Origin: a virus
Lineage: Duplodnaviria > Caudoviricetes
DNA: 30,853 nucleotides
IMG/VR virus record: IMGVR_UViG_3300036982_000162
Coordinates: 1 to 30,853 of that record
Direction: 5' to 3' (one strand)
Part shown: in pieces, positions 9,326 through 17,137 of the stretch
Numbering within the stretch: position 1 is the stretch's first letter
Layout of the letters: each line of letters begins with the position of its first letter
The notes under the pieces: model-generated
The model's database searches: none
What the model saw: only the letters and a program-made list of their open reading frames with translations
What the model was told of the DNA's origin: nothing
Position numbers and translations under genes: made by a program

Positions 9326-10710
9326 ATGGTTTCGAAAGAAATTTCTTGGCGGTACAGGTCGATGATTTTTTGGTGGTTGCCGATGTTGTTACGCAGCAAA
9401 GAGTAGACCTTGGTTTCCACTGGACTTCCTGAGATGTGCACGATGGTCATGTTGTTCTTCTGGCCGGGTCGGTCAATACGTGCGTTGGCTTGCAGGTATG
9501 TCTCTACGCTGGTGCAGGGAGCGTACCAGATGATGGTGTCGGCGGCGGTTAGGGTTAACCCGTGGGATGCAGCTTGCGGCTGGATGATGAGCACCTTGAT
9601 GGTCGGCAGTTCCTGAAAGCTCTTGACGATATCACTGCGTTGGTTTAGGCTGACGGCACCGTTGATGACCGCGCACGTGATGTGTTGCTTTTCGAGGTGT
9701 TTTTTTAACAGGTCAATGGTGTGTGTAAACGGAACGAACACAAGGACTTTGTTACTCGTCTCCTCGATGATCTCCTGCACCACGTTCAGCCGGTTGCTGA
9801 CATCGAACTCAATTACCTCATGGGTATCTGTGTACACCGACCCACATGCAATCTGCAGCAGCTTGCTCACTTGCACGGCGGCGTTGACTGCGGTGATCTC
9901 CTCCCCAGCAGCCTCGATGAGCATCTGCTTCCTCAAAATGTTGTAAAACTTTTGTTGTTGTGCGCTGAGCGGTGCGTCTCTGTCTATGAAGGTAACCGGA
10001 GGAAGATCAAGACACTGGGCTTTCTCAAACCGTATCGCTGGCTGCAGTATCTTGTGCACAGTAGCTTGTGCGCTAGGTTTAGGTACCCACCGGTACAGGC
10101 TCACCTTGTTCATCACCGTGTCCTTGAACTGCCCGAAGAACGGCGACACTGCTGTGGGGTTAACCAGCTTGGCTAGTCCGTAGGCGTCGGCGGGAGATTG
10201 CGCTGCTGGCGTACCAGTAAGCATCCACAGGCCCTTGATGACCTTGTTGAGGTCTCGCAGTGCCTTCCACCTGTCCGTCTGCGCGTTCTTGTACGCCGAT
10301 GCCTCATCGACGACGATCAAGTCAAACCCACCAGCCAGCAGTTCCTTCCTGACAATCGCAACCCCATCAAAGTTGATCACGACGAACTCAGCACCGCTGT
10401 TAACGATCTCTTTTCGCTTGGCTGCACTGCCGTAGGCAATAGCAACAGTTCGGTGGATCGCAAACTTGAACAGGTCAGCCTGCCAAGCGGCCTTCATGAT
10501 GGACAGAGGGCATACCACTAACACACGCTTCACCGCTCTAATGCTCATCAAATAGTCAACCGCCCAGATCACTGATGCAGTCTTGCCGGTACCCTGCTCG
10601 TTAAAGCAAAACGCCTTGCGGTTGGAAATCAAAAACTCTGATGTGACCTTTTGGTGGTCGAACGGCTCAAACCCATGTGGTCGGGGCCACTCATATTCTG
10701 ATAGATTCAT
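9322..10710 (-). CDS. SNF2-family (SF2) DNA helicase
   Basis: QGTGKT, VVDEAS, LTGTP, GLTL, QANARIDRPGQ motifs. Confidence 0.92.
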   Translation of the reverse strand: MNLSEYEWPRPHGFEPFDHQKVTSEFLISNRKAFCFNEQGTGKTASVIWAVDYLMSIRAVKRVLVVCPLSIMKAAWQADLFKFAIHRTVAIAYGSAAKRKEIVNSGAEFVVINFDGVAIVRKELLAGGFDLIVVDEASAYKNAQTDRWKALRDLNKVIKGLWMLTGTPAAQSPADAYGLAKLVNPTAVSPFFGQFKDTVMNKVSLYRWVPKPSAQATVHKILQPAIRFEKAQCLDLPPVTFIDRDAPLSAQQQKFYNILRKQMLIEAAGEEITAVNAAVQVSKLLQIACGSVYTDTHEVIEFDVSNRLNVVQEIIEETSNKVLVFVPFTHTIDLLKKHLEKQHITCAVINGAVSLNQRSDIVKSFQELPTIKVLIIQPQAASHGLTLTAADTIIWYAPCTSVETYLQANARIDRPGQKNNMTIVHISGSPVETKVYSLLRNNIGNHQKIIDLYRQEISFETI

Positions 10711-10985
10711 TTTTTCTTTGGTTTGTTGACCTTGACGGTGTGGTCTGAGTTACGTGTAAAGGAGCGGTTGGCACTCGGCGACTTCAGCTTCAAGTTGCTC
10801 GGCGCATTGGTGCCGCCTTTGCTCAAGGGGGTTGTGTGGTCGATGTCCTTGCCAGTACGGTCAATACCCTTAGCGTCCATCTCGTCCCGTGCACGCTGTC
10901 GCTCCATCCGCGCAGGCAGTTCGCCGCGCTCAACTTGCTGTTGGTACTCTTTTTTGTACGGGCGGGGTTTATTAACGTACGGCAT
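10707..10985 (-). CDS. HNH endonuclease-like protein
   Basis: DIDHTTPLSKGGTN..SNL......NRS motif. Confidence 0.85.
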   Translation of the reverse strand: MPYVNKPRPYKKEYQQQVERGELPARMERQRARDEMDAKGIDRTGKDIDHTTPLSKGGTNAPSNLKLKSPSANRSFTRNSDHTVKVNKPKKK

Positions 10986-10987
10986 GA

Positions 10988-11245
10988 TTAGTCCTTTGTG
11001 ATTTGGGATATTTTGTCATTTTCCCATAGGGGTTTGCGGCCATCTTCTTCAATTGAACGCAGCATCTTACCGACTGTTACGGCGACCTCTAGCATCATGG
11101 TTGATTTGTGTTGAGCATAATTTGCTTCTATGGCCTTGTTCACAACCTTGTGCACGATGGTGCCTAGCACCTCAGTCACTCGGCGCTTTAGTTCGTTCTC
11201 AAGAATGAGAGCGGTATCAGTTTCTTCGTTGGTCATCTGATTCAT
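10988..11245 (-). CDS. Hypothetical protein
   Basis: 85-aa ORF packed in the operon. Confidence 0.65.
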   Translation of the reverse strand: MNQMTNEETDTALILENELKRRVTEVLGTIVHKVVNKAIEANYAQHKSTMMLEVAVTVGKMLRSIEEDGRKPLWENDKISQITKD

Positions 11246-11426
11246 GTTTATCTTCTATGTTGCGGTTAATCATTTTGTTGAGGCACTTTTGCACGGCGGC
11301 ATGAATGTCATGTCGGACGGACGAACGCCCACACTCTTCAAGGTCTCTAAGTTCAATCAAAATGTTTTTGCCGTTTCTAGTCGGTATGACCGCAAAAGAA
11401 TTAAGTTTTTTCCCCCGATGCTCCAT
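11217..11426 (-). CDS. Hypothetical protein
   Basis: 69-aa ORF, RBS GGAG, tight packing. Confidence 0.55.
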   Translation of the reverse strand: MEHRGKKLNSFAVIPTRNGKNILIELRDLEECGRSSVRHDIHAAVQKCLNKMINRNIEDKHESDDQRRN

Positions 11427-11428
11427 GT

Positions 11429-11737
11429 TTACTCCAGTGTTGCTTTAAGTTTTAATGCGTGCACAAGGTCAGCTAAACCGTGTTTGATATCGCCGCCTTC
11501 CCATTCGCCAGTAATTTTGATGCGAACTGTGTGCGCATCCTCTACTGTAAAAACACGTTCTGACGATAAGCCGCCCCCGGTCAGAATGGTAATTTCCATT
11601 AGCTGCGCAAAACCGGAAGGAGTCTCAAACTCAAGCTCTATGATCTCGCTGTTTCCACTACCTTCCTCATCAACCACAGCGCGTACCGCGCCATAGTAGC
11701 TTTGCTCCCCATCGTAATCTCTTGAATTAAACTTCAT
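11429..11737 (-). CDS. Hypothetical acidic protein
   Basis: 102-aa ORF, RBS AGGAG. Confidence 0.7.
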   Translation of the reverse strand: MKFNSRDYDGEQSYYGAVRAVVDEEGSGNSEIIELEFETPSGFAQLMEITILTGGGLSSERVFTVEDAHTVRIKITGEWEGGDIKHGLADLVHALKLKATLE

Positions 11738-11738
11738 A

Positions 11739-12413
11739 TCAACTCCTGTTGTATTCGCAGTCTTTCACCGCGCAGAATTTGCACAGTGGGCCACTGACGG
11801 GGTTCCAAACCCCGCTTTTTATTGCTGCTTCGATACGCGCAACGTCTACTGCGGACTTGTCCATGTAGGTGTCCTTGAACTCAACTAGCTGCTCGGCTTT
11901 GACGAACTCTTTGGACACCACAAAAATCAAAGCGGACTTGACCCTCTTGATCTCTGGGAACTTGGCGAACAGGCCACAGGCTACAAGGTCTAGTTGCTTT
12001 TTGTCCGCGTATCTTGCGTTCTTGCTTGTCTTGTAGTCCACTGAGTGAGCTACCCCTATCGCCCGATTGATGACCACCAGATCAGCTATCCCATGCCACC
12101 ACACATCAGGCGCATGGAAGTCACAAGCCTTCAGGTCTTTGGTCAGGCCCAGCTTCACCTCGACTAGCTTCTCGCCGGGGATTGCTTTAAGGATGTCCAG
12201 CACCTCTTGCATGTACTCAAACTGTGGCGGTATCGGTGTGCCCTTGCTGATGTAGTCCTCGGCCACAGTGTGTGCAGCCTTACCGTACAGCGTAGCCGTT
12301 GTGTCCGGGTCACGTACGGCGTCCGGGGCAACCTTAGCGTGGTAGTACTTGCGTGGGCACTGCTGGAAGGTCTTCAGCGAACTGAATGACCAGACGATGG
12401 GTTTAGGGTTCAT
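11739..12413 (-). CDS. PD-(D/E)xK exonuclease, Cas4/AddB-like with four Cys
   Basis: WSFSSL...CPRKY, GIADL, VDYKT, QLDL, CKFC....C; start moved to ATG 12413 (MNPKPIVW). Confidence 0.85.
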   Translation of the reverse strand: MNPKPIVWSFSSLKTFQQCPRKYYHAKVAPDAVRDPDTTATLYGKAAHTVAEDYISKGTPIPPQFEYMQEVLDILKAIPGEKLVEVKLGLTKDLKACDFHAPDVWWHGIADLVVINRAIGVAHSVDYKTSKNARYADKKQLDLVACGLFAKFPEIKRVKSALIFVVSKEFVKAEQLVEFKDTYMDKSAVDVARIEAAIKSGVWNPVSGPLCKFCAVKDCEYNRS

Positions 12414-12729
12414 CGGATTCTTGCTCCCAAATTTCACCAGCCATGCGCTTGATGTTGAACAGGTGTTTGTGCTGTGGATATGTTTTACGCCAGAACCGAG
12501 CGTAGAAAGCAATAAGGTCGTTGCTGATCTTAAAGTCTTTGCCAGTGGTAACTATATAGACTTCCCAACGTATGCGGTTGATGATTAACCAATGGCTAAT
12601 TTTTTTCCTGCCGTGTTGTACGGCTTCAAATGAATACTTCTCAAAGTATTTCCACACCATTGGATTTTCTGTGTTCCATCTGTCAAATTCAGTTTGCCGT
12701 ACATGAAATGGTTTGTTAGCAGTCGCCAT
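12403..12729 (-). CDS. Conserved phage hypothetical protein (108 aa)
   Basis: ATG 12729 with GGAG RBS overlapping the end of polA; NP.VW..F...INRIRWE...FKISN...AFYAR pattern. Confidence 0.7.
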   Translation of the reverse strand: MATANKPFHVRQTEFDRWNTENPMVWKYFEKYSFEAVQHGRKKISHWLIINRIRWEVYIVTTGKDFKISNDLIAFYARFWRKTYPQHKHLFNIKRMAGEIWEQESDEP

Positions 12730-14542
12730 AGCTATCTCCATATCCAGATTCACAGTTGAGGGGTAACTCCATTGCCCATTTGGGTCTGAGTCGCATACAC
12801 AACTCAACGTACTCCTTGGCTGTCTCAGCCTCGGCTTTGGGTGCAATGACCGCAATCGCATCGTGCACGGTCATGACCACCCGGTACTTCTTCGCCACCA
12901 TGAGCATCTGCTCACCTATGACGATGCGGGCAAGTGCTTGGCATACGTTCTCGATTACCTTACCACCGTATATGCGGTTGGGGATGATCGCCTTACCCTT
13001 CTTGGTGTCGTACACAACTTCGACCTTGCCTGTCTTCTCGTCTTCCCGTACGCGCAGGTTTGGGTACTTGAGGTACAGACCGTTAGGCAGCTTGACGCCT
13101 TTGGTCCCGTCTACTTCTAGTAGCCCATTACGCCCCAGTGTTGTTTGTGCGTTCCGTAGCATGGCCCTGAGCATGTCACCAGCTTCTGCCCACAGCCTAA
13201 CAATGTTAGGGTAGGTAGCCCGGTAGGTGTCAATGATTCGCTTGGCCTCGTCTAACTCAACGTCAACCCCAAAGTTCTTCAACTGCAACTGGAACTTCGC
13301 TGCGCCCATGCCGTAGCCTGCACCGAGAATTGTGGTCTTGCCCACAAAGCGTTCACGCTCGTCAGCCTTGGTAATTTGGCGTCCGTAGATGGCTGACGCC
13401 ATGATGCAGTACACATCCTCGCCCTTATCGAATGCTTCAACCAAGTCGTTCTGCCCAGCTAGCCATGCCAGCGTACGGGCTTCGATCTGGGATGAGTCTG
13501 AGTCCAACACAACATACCCATCGGGGGCAATGATGGAATACTTCAGTGGGGATTTGCGTGGCAGGTTCTGCAGGTTGAGCTTGTCGTCACCGCCCCATCG
13601 GCCTGTGTGAGCGGCGTAGTAGCGGAGAGGAACTGGCATAGAACCACGACGGGCAATCCCAATGAACCTCTCAGTCCGTGTCTCCTCGATGGTTGACTTG
13701 ACCCCAAGCCGCGCAGCGACGATGGCCTGCACGGTCACGTTGTCATGCTCAAGTAACGCCTTGAACTCCTCGTCGGTCTTGGAGAACGCATAGGTCGTCT
13801 TACCCGTGGTGGGGCTAATCTTCATGGGCGCAACCACACCAAAGCCCTCAAGCACCTTCGCAAGCTGTTTGTTGCTCATCAACATATCTTTGTCGATCAG
13901 CATCCTGCTAAGCAACTCCTGTTTCTTGCGCTTAACCTCACCCAAGTGCACGGTCAGAATGCCTTCGTCCAACTGCAGCACGGGCTCAGAGAACATGCGT
14001 ATGGTCAGGTCAATGAGCCGCAACTCGCTCGGCGGGAAACCCTCGGCCATTTTTTGGAACAGCGCGTAGGTCATGGCTGTGTCGTTGCAGCAATACTTGC
14101 CGTACTCTGCTAGCTGCCCCTCAGGGAAGTCCTTACGGCGTAGCCCCTTCGCCATGACTACCTCAGTGCCCTTGGTACCCACCCCATAGTGCTTTGCAAG
14201 TACAGCCAAGCTACCACCGACCTCAGTGCCATGCAGCGCACGCCCCATCGACAACGTGTCCAACCAGCCCTTCGGCTTGATACCGAATATCCACGTAAGG
14301 ATAGACGCATCGAACGCAGCATTGTGAGCTAGGGCTAGGCTATTCTCCCAATCGAACTGCCTCAGAAACACAGCGGTCTCTATCATGTCCCCCGTGAACC
14401 ACTTGGGCTTGCCGTCATTTATCTGCACCGACACACCAATGACCTCAAACTCAAAGGAGCGCACGTACTCTTCGTTGGTCATCTTGGTAAGACTGAACTC
14501 CTGCGAGTAGTAAGTCTCAAAGTCTAGGGTAAGAATTTTCAT
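12716..14542 (-). CDS. polA: Family A DNA polymerase with 3'-5' exonuclease
   Basis: Exo motifs LDFETY and AHNAAFD; HTGRWGG, NLQNLP, motif A DSSQIEAR, motif B RFVGKTTILGAGYG, motif C TVHD. Confidence 0.95.
   Translation of the reverse strand: MKILTLDFETYYSQEFSLTKMTNEEYVRSFEFEVIGVSVQINDGKPKWFTGDMIETAVFLRQFDWENSLALAHNAAFDASILTWIFGIKPKGWLDTLSMGRALHGTEVGGSLAVLAKHYGVGTKGTEVVMAKGLRRKDFPEGQLAEYGKYCCNDTAMTYALFQKMAEGFPPSELRLIDLTIRMFSEPVLQLDEGILTVHLGEVKRKKQELLSRMLIDKDMLMSNKQLAKVLEGFGVVAPMKISPTTGKTTYAFSKTDEEFKALLEHDNVTVQAIVAARLGVKSTIEETRTERFIGIARRGSMPVPLRYYAAHTGRWGGDDKLNLQNLPRKSPLKYSIIAPDGYVVLDSDSSQIEARTLAWLAGQNDLVEAFDKGEDVYCIMASAIYGRQITKADERERFVGKTTILGAGYGMGAAKFQLQLKNFGVDVELDEAKRIIDTYRATYPNIVRLWAEAGDMLRAMLRNAQTTLGRNGLLEVDGTKGVKLPNGLYLKYPNLRVREDEKTGKVEVVYDTKKGKAIIPNRIYGGKVIENVCQALARIVIGEQMLMVAKKYRVVMTVHDAIAVIAPKAEAETAKEYVELCMRLRPKWAMELPLNCESGYGDSYGDC
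13197..13209. repeat. Dispersed palindrome CTAACAATGTTAG, copy 1 (inside polA)
   Basis: Exact match; extends to CCTAACAATGTTAGG. Confidence 0.95.
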
Positions 14543-14835
14543 GTTTTCATCAGTTGGATTAGTTGTTCTAGGTAACCAAGCGTGTCTTCGTTGATTACCG
14601 TTGCTGTGCCCCCGGCGTCCTTGATTTGCCGAATGTTCTTCTCCTGCAGCGCGGTAGTCGTGCCCTTGCCAGCCTTGGCTTCTATGCCGAGGAAGTGGCC
14701 GTTGACGCAGCAGAGGAAATCGGGGACGCCTGAGTTACCGTAGCCGGTGCCTATTGGCATAGCGTAGTAAACATTGTGGGCTTTGAGAATGCCCTTGATC
14801 TTTGCCTTGACCTTGGCTTCGGGGGTGGTTGCCAT
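14539..14835 (-). CDS. VRR-NUC domain nuclease (putative Holliday junction resolvase)
   Basis: PEAKVK, GVPDFL, GIEAKAG, LQ motifs. Confidence 0.88.
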   Translation of the reverse strand: MATTPEAKVKAKIKGILKAHNVYYAMPIGTGYGNSGVPDFLCCVNGHFLGIEAKAGKGTTTALQEKNIRQIKDAGGTATVINEDTLGYLEQLIQLMKT

Positions 14836-14862
14836 CTAACACTCCAGTTGTTTATGGAGCCT

Positions 14863-14891
14863 AATGTACCACAGCATTTGACTTTGTACAA
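14863..14891 (-). promoter_or_regulatory. Sigma70-like promoter upstream of VRR-NUC/polA operon
   Basis: TTGTAC (14891-14886) - 17 bp - TACATT (14868-14863) with TGn extension, directly after a terminator. Confidence 0.6.
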
Positions 14892-14900
14892 GTACAGACG

Positions 14901-14924
14901 TAAAAAAACCCGCCGAAACGGGTT
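14901..14924 (-). terminator. Intrinsic terminator ending the small-gene block
   Basis: ACCCGT-TTCG-GCGGGT hairpin followed by a T run on the minus strand. Confidence 0.85.
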
Positions 14925-14934
14925 GGTGTTTACC

Positions 14935-14947
14935 CTAACAATGTTAG
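14935..14947. repeat. Dispersed palindrome CTAACAATGTTAG, copy 2 (overlaps DUF3310 stop codon)
   Basis: Exact match; extends to CCTAACAATGTTAGG. Confidence 0.95.
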
Positions 14948-15159
14948 GCTGCTGTGTTCTTTTTGATGCGCTGTATCTCTCGGGCCAGATACCACTGCGC
15001 CTTCTCTAAGTCCTGCAACTGATTGCCTTTGTGGTCGGCACGGGTGATGTACTTAACCACGTTGCCAATGTTGTAGGTCAGTTGCTTAGCCTCAATAAAG
15101 TCAATGGTCTCGATGCCCCCCACCTTGTAGTGGTCGGGGTGGTTTACTGGATCGCTCAT
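14944..15159 (-). CDS. DUF3310 (SaV-like) protein
   Basis: DPVNHPDHY..GGIETIDFI...GNVVKYITRA..KG...DLEKAQWYL signature. Confidence 0.9.
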   Translation of the reverse strand: MSDPVNHPDHYKVGGIETIDFIEAKQLTYNIGNVVKYITRADHKGNQLQDLEKAQWYLAREIQRIKKNTAA

Positions 15160-15362
15160 TTGTCTTTGCCTTTCTCTTTTTTGACGAACGCAGCAAGGGC
15201 TTCCCGCATCTTGGCTTGTTTGGTGTACGGGTACTGCGTCGTGAAATAGTCCAACACCTCGTAAGGAATACGCAAGCTGACACTGACCAACGTAGGCTTC
15301 TTGTTAGGGCCACGCCCCGTGCGTTTTTTAGGTAGCTTCAAAAACTCAATTCCGGTTGTCAT
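15156..15362 (-). CDS. BrnA-antitoxin-like ribbon-helix-helix DNA-binding protein
   Basis: GRGP..KP...VSLRIP.EVLDYF......QAKMREAL resembles the BrnA/RHH pattern. Confidence 0.6.
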   Translation of the reverse strand: MTTGIEFLKLPKKRTGRGPNKKPTLVSVSLRIPYEVLDYFTTQYPYTKQAKMREALAAFVKKEKGKDK

Positions 15363-15532
15363 AGTAATGCCTCTGGTTGCTGTTTACGTTTTTCCTTCTG
15401 CGCTGCCCGGTACATCTGTTCCAGCAGCTTGGGGTCTACCCTCGTGAACGGGTCGTAGAAGTTTATATCCTTGGACTTTTTCTTCCGTTTGGAAGAGGTG
15501 GTCGTTGAAGCATTTGCGTTTTCTGATAACAC
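15359..15532 (-). CDS. Small overlapping hypothetical protein (57 aa, not in ORF track)
   Basis: GTG 15532 preceded by AAGGA; ...DPFTRVDPKLLEQMYRAAQKEKRKQQPEALL; stop forms an ATGA overlap with the RHH gene. Confidence 0.5.
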   Translation of the reverse strand: MLSENANASTTTSSKRKKKSKDINFYDPFTRVDPKLLEQMYRAAQKEKRKQQPEALL

Positions 15533-15599
15533 TGTTGGTTTCCTTTCGTAGTCGTGAGTCTTTTACATCAGTCTGTGCGTTGCATATTGGGCATCTCAT
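15384..15599 (-). CDS. NrdR-N-like zinc-ribbon protein
   Basis: MRCPIC...T.VKDSR.......RKRKC...H.F.T.E pattern. Confidence 0.7.
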   Translation of the reverse strand: MRCPICNAQTDVKDSRLRKETNSVIRKRKCFNDHLFQTEEKVQGYKLLRPVHEGRPQAAGTDVPGSAEGKT

Positions 15600-15952
15600 G
15601 TGTTCTTCTTTTTCAGGGCGGCTTCAATGGCTCTAGCATCTTTGAGTGTTATGTATGGATTGACATCTGAGTCTGCCGTTCCAATGCGACTAACTACACT
15701 CCAAATCTCTTCATCAGTTAGCCCCTGCCAAGTTCTAGCTTCATTCGCGTAGAACTGTGTATCATCGTCCTCTTCAAATGTTGCCGCCGTTGTGTAAGAC
15801 CTAAATACAGGTTGCGTTGGCACAGCTTTACCGCAGAACTTTGCATGTTCATTAGCCTCGTGCAATGGTTTAAACGGCCTGTTGCACAGGGTGCAATAGT
15901 ACGTGACGCTTTCGTATCCACCCAGCATCAGTTCAGACACTCGCTTAATCAT
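15596..15952 (-). CDS. Hypothetical protein with C2HC-like zinc motif and WQGLTDEEI C-terminal module
   Basis: CTLC...EHAKFC; C-terminus similar to that of 17134..17874. Confidence 0.7.
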   Translation of the reverse strand: MIKRVSELMLGGYESVTYYCTLCNRPFKPLHEANEHAKFCGKAVPTQPVFRSYTTAATFEEDDDTQFYANEARTWQGLTDEEIWSVVSRIGTADSDVNPYITLKDARAIEAALKKKNT

Positions 15953-16121
15953 ATTTACTTTTTCCTCTCAGCATATCGACTGCCCGTTTGATCCTGTACC
16001 AAAGACTGCTCCTCAAGTAGTGCGCTTCTAGGCTTTGCTTCAACCGTGCGTTCTCCAGCAGCAACTCGCTGTTGTGCACGGACATTAGTTTCCACGCTTT
16101 CTCAATATCTTCTTCAGTCAT
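15945..16121 (-). CDS. Hypothetical protein
   Basis: ATGA-coupled ORF with GGAG RBS. Confidence 0.65.
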   Translation of the reverse strand: MTEEDIEKAWKLMSVHNSELLLENARLKQSLEAHYLRSSLWYRIKRAVDMLRGKSKYD

Positions 16122-16300
16122 GTGTTTCTCCATTGTGTATACCCAAGAATTTTTGCTACTGCCGTTTCATGGATGGCGTCCCACCAAAACCTAACGCCAC
16201 TTTCTGTTTCAACAAACCGCACCAGCGTTCCATAGTCATCGGTTGTGTACCAAACATTTCTTGTCCTATCTAAGCCATTGATGTTGTGTACTTCAGTCAT
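16118..16300 (-). CDS. Hypothetical protein
   Basis: ATGA-coupled ORF (MTEVHNING...) with AGGAG RBS. Confidence 0.65.
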   Translation of the reverse strand: MTEVHNINGLDRTRNVWYTTDDYGTLVRFVETESGVRFWWDAIHETAVAKILGYTQWRNT

Positions 16301-16467
16301 GTGCTCTTCTCCTGCCATTCAGTATTGTTAAGTACGGCCTCAAGATGTTTCGGGTCTATCGGTTTGTGCTTGTGGTGAAGCTGTCCAAATGCAATCAGTC
16401 GGTTGAGTGCTTCCTCCACGGACAGGCCAAGGCGCTCATGTAAACGCTGTGGTTTCTTTTGGTTCAT
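16297..16467 (-). CDS. Hypothetical protein (56 aa, not in ORF track)
   Basis: MNQKKPQRLHERLGLSVEEALNRL...QEKST; AAGGAG RBS and ATGA coupling to the next gene. Confidence 0.65.
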   Translation of the reverse strand: MNQKKPQRLHERLGLSVEEALNRLIAFGQLHHKHKPIDPKHLEAVLNNTEWQEKST

Positions 16468-16840
16468 GTGTTGCGCTCCTTCTTCTATTTAACAAATCGG
16501 CGTATGGAAAAAATGCAGGTGCTGTGATGGTGTCTAGTTTCTTTTTGTTGTGCAGTTTCTGTATGCGTGTTTCCAGAAACTCGGCTTTGCAAAAATCACC
16601 TTTTAAGATGTCTTCGATCCACATCGAAACTGATAAGTCAACGCACCACTTCCCGTAAGCAAAGCCGTTTTTGCTTTTGTCAACACTTCCAACACCACGG
16701 GATTCCCAATCGTACAACTCCCGCAGTGCGTCTTCATCAAACGCAAGACCAGCCACTGCTTGGCTCCTAGCCACCCGTCTGTAATGCGCCGCCCTCAGTG
16801 CATACTTCTTTGATATACCATTCAACTTAAACAACTTCAT
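16436..16840 (-). CDS. Hypothetical protein
   Basis: 134-aa ORF with AAGGAG RBS. Confidence 0.65.
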   Translation of the reverse strand: MKLFKLNGISKKYALRAAHYRRVARSQAVAGLAFDEDALRELYDWESRGVGSVDKSKNGFAYGKWCVDLSVSMWIEDILKGDFCKAEFLETRIQKLHNKKKLDTITAPAFFPYADLLNRRRSATHEPKETTAFT

Positions 16841-17009
16841 TGTTCTTCTCCTTTACATGCACACCGCACTTGGTGCATTTGCTATCAACGATGTCATGCG
16901 CCAGACCCTCGTAGCACTCATGCGCCCCGAACAGCCTAGCCAGCCCCGGTGCGTACTCACCCCCGATGCGGTACAGCTTTGGGTAGTCGGGGTGAAAGTA
17001 TTCAGTCAT
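16827..17009 (-). CDS. Hypothetical Cys/His-containing protein
   Basis: MTEYFHPDY...HEC....H....KCTKCG; ATGA-coupled. Confidence 0.55.
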   Translation of the reverse strand: MTEYFHPDYPKLYRIGGEYAPGLARLFGAHECYEGLAHDIVDSKCTKCGVHVKEKNNEVV

Positions 17010-17137
17010 ATCCACCCCAATCCACGGCAAGCTCCACCAAAAAGGAACAAAATGCCTGCGGCAAGGGCGTAGCGTCTGTCGGCGTGGGGGGCTATCCAAA
17101 TAGTCCCTACCAACACCAAGTATTGCGTTTCAGTCAT
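17006..17137 (-). CDS. Small membrane protein (43 aa, not in ORF track)
   Basis: MTETQYLVLVGTIWIAPHADRRYALAAGILFLFGGACRGLGWI; RBS and ATGA overlaps at both ends. Confidence 0.6.
   Translation of the reverse strand: MTETQYLVLVGTIWIAPHADRRYALAAGILFLFGGACRGLGWI

Noticed and set aside
10707-10985. HNH gene as a homing endonuclease or intron marker
   Set aside because: It interrupts no gene, is translationally coupled to the helicase, and no intron features were seen.
11739-12413. Cas4-like nuclease as part of a CRISPR-Cas system
   Set aside because: No other cas genes or array; solo Cas4-like exonucleases are common in phage replication modules.
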